In this document: one piece after another, positions 57,513 through 64,000 of the stretch
Layout of the letters: every line of letters starts with the position of its first letter
Numbering within the stretch: position 1 is the stretch's first letter
From: an uncultured Candidatus Saccharibacteria bacterium
GTDB lineage: Bacteria > Patescibacteriota > Minisyncoccia > Phycocordibacterales > UBA9973
Assembly (NCBI GenBank): GCA_964606285.1
Contig: CAZSFP010000001.1
Span: 69,376-133,375, forward strand
Reading direction: 5' to 3'
DNA: 64,000 nt
The notes under the pieces: generated by a model
Database searches by the model: none
Seen by the model: only the letters and a program-made list of their open reading frames with translations
Told to the model about the DNA's origin: nothing
Program-made: the position numbers and the translations under genes

Positions 57513-58235
57513 ATGTCACATCAAAATATTATTTTCTTTGATACTGAAACGACCGGTAATACCAAAAATGATCGTCTCTGCCAACTTGCGTATAAGCATA
57601 GCGGTACGGTATTCAATGAACTCTACAAACCACCTATCCCTATATCTATCGAATCCAGCGCTGTTTGTCATATCACAAACAAAATGGTTGCTGATAAACC
57701 AGCATTCAAAGACAGTCCTGTATATACTACTGTCAAAACATTATTCGAAGATCCGACCATTGTTCCCGTGGCTCATAATGCAGTCTTTGATCTTCAGATG
57801 CTATCTTCTGAAGATATTCGTCCACCGCATTTTATCTGTACGATGCGTGTTGCACGAGAATTGGACCCCGAACAAAAAATTCCAAAGTATAGCCTGCAAT
57901 ACTTGCGCTATTTTCTCGAGATCGAAGTCGAAGCAACCGCCCACGACGCACTGGGAGATGTTCTCGTCCTTGAAAAACTCTTTGAGCGACTCCAGAAAAA
58001 GATTATGGAAATAAATTCTTGCGATGAATCAGAGGCAATCAAACGAATGATCGAGATATCATCTCATCCAACACTTCTCAAGACATTCAATTTTGGTAAA
58101 TATGCCGGCATGTCCATCGCAGATGTCGCCCAAAAAGATCGTGGATATCTCGAGTGGATGCTCGACGCAAAAAAGAAAGGAGACACACTCGATGAAGACT
58201 GGATTTATACCCTTGAACAAATCCTTTCCAGATAA
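57513..58235 (+). CDS. DEDDh 3'-5' exonuclease (ExoX/DnaQ-like)
   Basis: DTETTG, AHNAVFD, AHDALGD, FGKY..GYLEW tail. Confidence 0.92.
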   Translation: MSHQNIIFFDTETTGNTKNDRLCQLAYKHSGTVFNELYKPPIPISIESSAVCHITNKMVADKPAFKDSPVYTTVKTLFEDPTIVPVAHNAVFDLQMLSSEDIRPPHFICTMRVARELDPEQKIPKYSLQYLRYFLEIEVEATAHDALGDVLVLEKLFERLQKKIMEINSCDESEAIKRMIEISSHPTLLKTFNFGKYAGMSIADVAQKDRGYLEWMLDAKKKGDTLDEDWIYTLEQILSR

Positions 58236-58302
58236 AATAAAAAACACCTGCGTAGTGCGGGTGTTTTTTGTTTTTGTATAGCATGAATACTATCCATGAA
58301 TA

Positions 58303-58767
58303 CTATCGTTTAAATCTCTGAACTTTTCCATCAACAAATGTGAATGTTATCTTTTTCCAGCCTTTTATTTCTGTAAATAATTCCGGATTTTCAAGGTCAC
58401 TATTGTCCAACAGAAGAGAGGTGTATTTTGTGGTGTCATAATTTTCATCATCATCATATTTAATATGTACAAGATGAACAATTTCCTGATCTTTTCCAAC
58501 ATAGAGTATTTCATGTGTGGTAATCTCAAACAATACTCCTTCTTTCAAAATACTTATTTCTTCAATTGGATTTCCCTCCGATTCATGCTTCATCCAAATT
58601 CCAAAGAACAGAGCAGAAACGCATCCAAGAAAAAAGATCAGTACAAATCTTCCTTGCGTGATTACTATGAATCCTTCATGTAGTGAACGAAAAACAATCA
58701 AAGAGGTTACTATTCCAAACAGGATTAACCAAAAAAGAAAATTCCAGAAAGGTTTATTTGTCTTCAT
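58303..58767 (-). CDS. Membrane-anchored hypothetical protein (AT-rich cassette)
   Basis: ATG 58767 behind TTGACA-16-TACTAT; two TM. Confidence 0.7.
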   Translation of the reverse strand: MKTNKPFWNFLFWLILFGIVTSLIVFRSLHEGFIVITQGRFVLIFFLGCVSALFFGIWMKHESEGNPIEEISILKEGVLFEITTHEILYVGKDQEIVHLVHIKYDDDENYDTTKYTSLLLDNSDLENPELFTEIKGWKKITFTFVDGKVQRFKR

Positions 58768-58834
58768 GTTGTTAAATTTTTTTGTTTTCGAAATAGTACT
58801 CTTTTTATAATTTTTGTCAAATAAAAAAAACCGC

Positions 58835-59209
58835 CTATGGTGGTGCAGTTTTATTTTTCTGTTGCATTTCGCGGACACGATTTTCAAGACCAATTTTATA
58901 ATAATCAGAAATCCGATAACTCTCTGACCATGTAGTTTCATATTCTCCTCCGCTTCCGCTGTCCAGTTCAATTATTTTATTATCCAAAAGAAAACTGAAA
59001 TCATCAGCAGATATATGGAAATTAACTGTCCCAGATCTGTATATATAAAACTCACTTTCATCCCATTCATCATACCTATCTTCTCGAGAGTTATACCAAA
59101 CAAGTTCTGCTCCTTTGAAACATAACAATGCCAGCGCATCAACAACTTTTGGCGGCTTACCTTCTTCGATAATAGGAATGTAAATGGATAATTCTTTTTC
59201 CTCTTCCAT
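58835..59209 (-). CDS. Acidic hypothetical protein
   Basis: 124-aa ORF 1 nt after upstream stop. Confidence 0.7.
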   Translation of the reverse strand: MEEEKELSIYIPIIEEGKPPKVVDALALLCFKGAELVWYNSREDRYDEWDESEFYIYRSGTVNFHISADDFSFLLDNKIIELDSGSGGEYETTWSESYRISDYYKIGLENRVREMQQKNKTAPP

Positions 59210-59210
59210 G

Positions 59211-59525
59211 TCACCAAATTTTTCGTTTGAAAACCACCCGCTTTTTCCACCAGACAGTATCTGGTGTATTACCTACCATTTCAGTAGATAATTCTTTTTC
59301 ACAAGCCATACACTCATCACGGAGAGCGAGATATGTATCTTTCAAATCATAATTACCATTATCAATTTCCCTTAACAGACTGTCTGCTGTTTTCTTATCA
59401 CATGATGAACAGTGGTGTAGGACATACTTATAATTTGAAATTTTCTTTTCATTTGCTCTTTTTACAATCCAGGACATACCAACACAGAAGAAAAATAATA
59501 CGATATATATTGCTACTTTTGCCAT
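59211..59525 (-). CDS. Membrane-anchored hypothetical protein with two CxxC
   Basis: CSSC and CMAC; TTGACG-17-TATTCT promoter. Confidence 0.65.
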   Translation of the reverse strand: MAKVAIYIVLFFFCVGMSWIVKRANEKKISNYKYVLHHCSSCDKKTADSLLREIDNGNYDLKDTYLALRDECMACEKELSTEMVGNTPDTVWWKKRVVFKRKIW

Positions 59526-59621
59526 TAATTTAAAATATAAAGATTTGTTTAAGAATACGGCGAAATAGCTTTTCCGTCAATATTCTTTCACATTGGTTTC
59601 ATCTACGGTATAATTGTCTTC

Positions 59622-60668
59622 ATGCAAACACTTCTCGTCATATTGCTTCTCATTTTGATCGCTGGTCTCGCCTATCTAGCATTTTTCAAGAAAGAAAAAG
59701 AAGATGCCGGTAAAAATACCGGTCTTGATCTCATTCTTCAACAAGTCAACGAACTCTCACGGACTGTCGAAAATAAAATCCAGTCTTCGCATCAGACACT
59801 CCATGAGAGCATGCGTTTCCAAACAAGCGAAACCAGTCGCATCATCACTGATATCACCGAGAAATTGACCCGTCTCGATGAGACAAACAAACAAGTCGTA
59901 TCTTTTGCCGACCAACTCAAAAGTCTTCAGGATATTTTAAAAAATCCGAAACAACGCGGAGTGCTCGGTGAATACTATCTCGAAACACTCCTCAAAAATG
60001 TTATGCCACCCGGTTCGTATCAGATCCAGTATCCATTCCCCGATGGATCCATAGTCGATGCAGCAGTTTTTGTCAAAGACAAGATCATTCCGATCGATTC
60101 AAAGTTCTCGCTCGAGAATTACAACCGTATTGTTGAAACATCTGACAAATCTGAAAAAGAACGCCTCGAGAAACTCTTTGTGAGTGATTTGAAAAACCGC
60201 ATTGTCGAAACTTCAAAATACATCCAACCGGAACAAAACACGATGGACTTTGCCTTTATGTTCATCCCGCACGAAGCAATCTACTATGATCTTCTCATCA
60301 ACAAAATCGGCGGAATTACTGGTGAAGATACAGAAAACCTCATCCAACGTGCCGCTTCAAAATACAAAGTCATCATTGTGTCTCCGACATCATTCCTCGC
60401 ATATCTCCAAACTGTTCTCCAGGGCTTGAAGGCCATGCAGATCGAAGAAGGTGCCAAAGATATCATCAAACGTGTCGGTGAACTCGGCATGCATATCGGT
60501 AAATATGATTCATACATGCAAAAACTTGGTAATTCACTCGGAACAACTGTGAATCAATACAACATCGCTCACAAAGAATTGAAAAAGATCGACAAAGACG
60601 TCACTCGCATCACCGGCCAGTCCATCGATATCGATCCGCTCACTCTCGAGAAACCTCAGGAGGAATAA
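59622..60668 (+). CDS. rmuC: DNA recombination protein RmuC
   Basis: NPKQRGVLGE..L, IDSKFSL, DFAFMFIP.E, VSPTS. Confidence 0.95.
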   Translation: MQTLLVILLLILIAGLAYLAFFKKEKEDAGKNTGLDLILQQVNELSRTVENKIQSSHQTLHESMRFQTSETSRIITDITEKLTRLDETNKQVVSFADQLKSLQDILKNPKQRGVLGEYYLETLLKNVMPPGSYQIQYPFPDGSIVDAAVFVKDKIIPIDSKFSLENYNRIVETSDKSEKERLEKLFVSDLKNRIVETSKYIQPEQNTMDFAFMFIPHEAIYYDLLINKIGGITGEDTENLIQRAASKYKVIIVSPTSFLAYLQTVLQGLKAMQIEEGAKDIIKRVGELGMHIGKYDSYMQKLGNSLGTTVNQYNIAHKELKKIDKDVTRITGQSIDIDPLTLEKPQEE

Positions 60669-60705
60669 AATAAAAAATACCGCAGTGAATGCGGTATTTT
60701 GTTTG

Positions 60706-61416
60706 CTATTTTGGATTGTGATAGATAACATCTTTGCGTTCTACAACTATCTGCCAACCACTCTTGTGTTTCGCATAATCAATTAAGTCTTGATTTGGAT
60801 TGAACAACACAGGATGCTCAACTTTTTCAAACATAGAGATGTCTCCTGTCGTATCACCAAAAGCATATGAACCTTTGATGCCGACATTGAGTTTTGTATC
60901 AGCGAGAATTCGATCAATTATTTTTCCCTTATCCATAATAAGATCTTGATGCATTGTCTTGCCTGTAAATTTTTTATCTTTATCAGTTTCATAGTAGATA
61001 CCGTACGACTTATCAAAGCCATGTTCTTTCGCAAAAATATCAACTATCATCTTTGGAGAATGTGAAATCATGATCAATTTGTAACCATCATTCTTTAATT
61101 CCTCAATACGTTTTTTAGTATAGACGTATGTTCTTTTTTTATATTGTTCTACGACATCTTTACAAACTTCAAGGATTTCAAAATAATCTTTTCCTTGAAT
61201 ATATTTCATAAAGACATGAACAACAGCCATAATATAATCATTGTGTGCACCTTCACGATCACGCCATGCTGCTTCTTGTTTCTCATATTCATACAATGCT
61301 TCTTTGGGGAAAATTCCTGCAATAATAAGTGCTACAACAAGATCAGCAAGAAGACTTCCGCGATAAAACGTACCATCAGCATCAACAGTTGCAAATTCAT
61401 ATTTTTCTTCTTCCAT
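60706..61416 (-). CDS. HAD-IB family hydrolase
   Basis: DADGT, ISHSP, K, GDTTGD, FNP. Confidence 0.88.
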   Translation of the reverse strand: MEEEKYEFATVDADGTFYRGSLLADLVVALIIAGIFPKEALYEYEKQEAAWRDREGAHNDYIMAVVHVFMKYIQGKDYFEILEVCKDVVEQYKKRTYVYTKKRIEELKNDGYKLIMISHSPKMIVDIFAKEHGFDKSYGIYYETDKDKKFTGKTMHQDLIMDKGKIIDRILADTKLNVGIKGSYAFGDTTGDISMFEKVEHPVLFNPNQDLIDYAKHKSGWQIVVERKDVIYHNPK

Positions 61417-61567
61417 AAGTAATCTATATTTTTTTAAAAATCAATTTCCCATACTTTACATAAAATATCCTTATTTGGCAAGTTTTTCAGGATTCACATA
61501 TTGACTCTTGACAATAATTATGGTCATGATAGGATGAGAGGAAATTTTAAAAAACTCAATACACGTT

Positions 61568-62074
61568 ATGAAGAACACATCTTTATCTTTTTCGTTGCAT
61601 GCATATGCGACAACCACAGCAAACAACCTCGAAGCTCTTCTTAGAGGTATAAAGGAATCTGACCAAGATCCTGAACAAAAGGTTCAGTTAACCCAACTGA
61701 AGGAAATAAGGGATAAATTTCAACCAAAACACTACAAGACAGAAGATCCCAATATCATTGGAATTGGGTCTATCGTCAATTTTACATATCAGGATAAAAT
61801 CTGGGATGTTGTAGTTGATAATTCTGCCGTATGCGTTGGTCGCAAACCTGTTGCTATTATGGCGACATCCAAGCTTGGACAAGCTCTTCAAAAGAAAAAA
61901 GCTGGTGACACATTTATGGTTACGATTGGTGGAAAAAACCGATCAGTTATTGTTAACAGTGTTTCTCCATATGATGCAAAAACAATACTTGCCATCATTA
62001 CTGCCGCAGAAAAAACAGTAAATACAACAGCAGAACCTGCAATAAAAGAAAAGGAGGTCATCTTCACTACATAG
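61568..62074 (+). CDS. Divergent GreA/GreB C-terminal-domain protein (cassette)
   Basis: IGIGSIV, I...SKLGQAL.KKKAGD. Confidence 0.65.
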   Translation: MKNTSLSFSLHAYATTTANNLEALLRGIKESDQDPEQKVQLTQLKEIRDKFQPKHYKTEDPNIIGIGSIVNFTYQDKIWDVVVDNSAVCVGRKPVAIMATSKLGQALQKKKAGDTFMVTIGGKNRSVIVNSVSPYDAKTILAIITAAEKTVNTTAEPAIKEKEVIFTT

Positions 62075-62132
62075 TAAAACAACAAAATATATACAAAAAA
62101 ATCCCTGCATTACGCAGGGATTTTTTATTTGA

Positions 62133-63218
62133 TTAGAGTCCTTCTTTTTTGAGTTCAGAAATAAGTTCACGAGTTTTCTTTGAAAGTTTTTGTGGAAATG
62201 TGATCGTGACTTTGAGGAGGATATCACCGCGCTTCGAATTGTGTGGCACACCACGACCCTTAACTCGAAGAATTTCACCATGAGTAATTCCTTCTGGAAT
62301 TTTGACTTCGATACTTCCATCAAGTGCTTCGAGATTGTAGGTTGTACCAAGAAGTGCGTCAGAGAGTTTGAGTTTGAGTGTTGTCACGAGATCATTCCCC
62401 TCCCGATGGAAAACTGGATGTGATGCAACATTTATTTTGATATACAAATCACCTGACGTGCCGCCTTTGACTGCTTCACCAAGTCCGGTCATGCGAATCA
62501 TCTCACCATCGCGAATACCTGCAGGGATTTTGATCTCAACGTCTTCTTGGGCACGAGTGACACCTGCACCACGACAATTTGAACATTGTTCATGTGGCAC
62601 TTTACCCGCACCCATACATGTCTCACAGGTTGCAACGGTTGAAAAGTTGCCGAGGAAGGAACGCTTTGTTTCGCGAATCTGACCTTGACCATTGCAAGTC
62701 TTGCACGTATCCATCTTTGTTCCTGGTTTTGCACCAGTACCTGTACAGACAGAGCAAGTGGACTGTTTATTGAAAAGAATTTTTCGTGTGATACCAAAGA
62801 CAGCATCAGCAAATGTTATATCAATCTCAGTTGAGATGTCACGGCCGCGGCGAACTTGTTGTTGCCGACGTCCGCCACCACCAAAGAAATCTCCAAAGAT
62901 ATCTCCGAGATCACCCATATCAAATTCGACACCACCTTGCTGGAACCCAGAGAAATCAAAACCACCAAATCCACCTTGCTGTCCATATGGATTGCCCCCT
63001 TGGAATCCTGGACCAGCGGAACCGAATTGGTCATACTGGGCGCGCTTTCGGTCATCTGAAAGCGTTTGGTAGGCTTCATTTACTTCTTTGAATTTCTTGT
63101 CGTCACCCTTGTTTTTGTCAGGATGATACTTGTGCGCAAGCTTATGAAAAGCCTTTTTTATTTCATCTTTTGTGGCTCCTTTTTGGACACCGAGTGTTTC
63201 ATAATAATCTTTTGACAT
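62133..63218 (-). CDS. dnaJ: Chaperone DnaJ
   Basis: J domain HPD, G/F linker, four CxxCxGxG. Confidence 0.99.
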   Translation of the reverse strand: MSKDYYETLGVQKGATKDEIKKAFHKLAHKYHPDKNKGDDKKFKEVNEAYQTLSDDRKRAQYDQFGSAGPGFQGGNPYGQQGGFGGFDFSGFQQGGVEFDMGDLGDIFGDFFGGGGRRQQQVRRGRDISTEIDITFADAVFGITRKILFNKQSTCSVCTGTGAKPGTKMDTCKTCNGQGQIRETKRSFLGNFSTVATCETCMGAGKVPHEQCSNCRGAGVTRAQEDVEIKIPAGIRDGEMIRMTGLGEAVKGGTSGDLYIKINVASHPVFHREGNDLVTTLKLKLSDALLGTTYNLEALDGSIEVKIPEGITHGEILRVKGRGVPHNSKRGDILLKVTITFPQKLSKKTRELISELKKEGL

Positions 63219-63302
63219 AACGGCATTATAGCACATAAGTCAAATTTTGAAAATAAAAAACCAGTCTTTTATAGCTGGTTTTTTTATTTCAATTTCTATT
63301 AT

Positions 63303-63998
63303 TTAAAGAACACCGAGTGGGGCAGCTAACCATATATACGCATGTGGTTTCAGTTCATAATTCGTTTCATTAACAACTTTATGCAAGCGATATGACCACT
63401 GACCATTATTATGGAGCCATAACCAAACAAACCATGGTTCCCCATTCTTATCACGAGTCAGAAAGTAATTCCCACTATTTCCTTCAAAAAAAGCTTTCTT
63501 TCCATATGCACCAGAAAGGTATCTGTGCATAATTCCTTGAATATGATGAAGTGTTGTATTCGGATACAAATCTTGAGTAATTACCTCATCAATCATTTCG
63601 ACAAGATCTACACTTTTCGTAAATCTATACGGAGCAATGGGTACAATTTCCTGATGTTTTTCTTCATCAAAGAACGTAAAAAGAGGGAGATATTTTTTAT
63701 CAAAACTCTCAAGTTCACGTTCTGTAAAATCTGCATATTTAAACCGAAAAAAAGAATCGGGTGAATGTCCAATTGCCGAATATTTATCAACAGTATTTAT
63801 TGATGGACCAAAAAGTTTTAGACCTCCAAATTTTGTTTGAAATGGATATTTACCTTCCGTGGCATTTTGCAGTGCTTGCAAGGTAAATTTTGGTGAGATA
63901 GTTCCATTTTTGAACCGCTTATACAGTTCAGTCATTTTGTTGATAAATTCCACTGCTTCTTGGTCAGTGGTACCATTGTTTAAAGGAATTTCGAACAT
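63303..63998 (-). CDS. Hypothetical protein (AT-rich; start near window edge)
   Basis: 231-aa ORF ending at a bidirectional hairpin. Confidence 0.7.
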   Translation of the reverse strand: MFEIPLNNGTTDQEAVEFINKMTELYKRFKNGTISPKFTLQALQNATEGKYPFQTKFGGLKLFGPSINTVDKYSAIGHSPDSFFRFKYADFTERELESFDKKYLPLFTFFDEEKHQEIVPIAPYRFTKSVDLVEMIDEVITQDLYPNTTLHHIQGIMHRYLSGAYGKKAFFEGNSGNYFLTRDKNGEPWFVWLWLHNNGQWSYRLHKVVNETNYELKPHAYIWLAAPLGVL

Positions 63999-64000
63999 TA

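Noticed and set aside
58768-58971. N-terminal extension of the 222-aa ORF in the track
   Set aside because: Overlaps the 58835-59209 gene and runs across a clear promoter; ATG 58767 preferred

Overview
Chromosomal window of a small-genome bacterium, most likely Patescibacteria/CPR (Parcubacteria-like). The assignment rests on gene content, trimmed proteins, almost no Shine-Dalgarno sites, and standard code 11 (TGA is a stop). Core genes: end of the spc/alpha r-protein cluster (infA-rpmJ-rpsM-rpsK-rpsD-rpoA-rplQ-rplM-rpsI), grpE, archaeal-type aspS, scpAB-mraY-ftsW-murG-gltX, lexA, engB, ABC-F, DEAD helicase, rpmA, rplI, ctpA, rsmI, tRNA-Ile(GAU), prfA, rpmE, rplY, a pentose-phosphate/glycolysis cluster, gatB, obg, rmuC and dnaJ. 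Core genes look largely leaderless. About 15 AT-rich orphan cassettes with a shared TTGACA promoter/leader grammar are wedged between them. The most interesting signals are non-genic: (1) a DUF559 endonuclease gene bracketed by inverted palindromic repeats, with a near-identical nuclease-free repeat doublet 34 kb away (REP/RAYT-like architecture with a different enzyme); (2) an ORF-free, apparently structured ~280-nt RNA directly downstream of it; (3) a MITE with a target duplication in the ctpA start codon; (4) a 27-bp palindrome inserted in frame in an EVE gene; (5) two diverged paralogs sharing an identical 41-bp promoter. I saw no CRISPR array, integrase, reverse transcriptase or rRNA. All calls are by eye and no searches were run.
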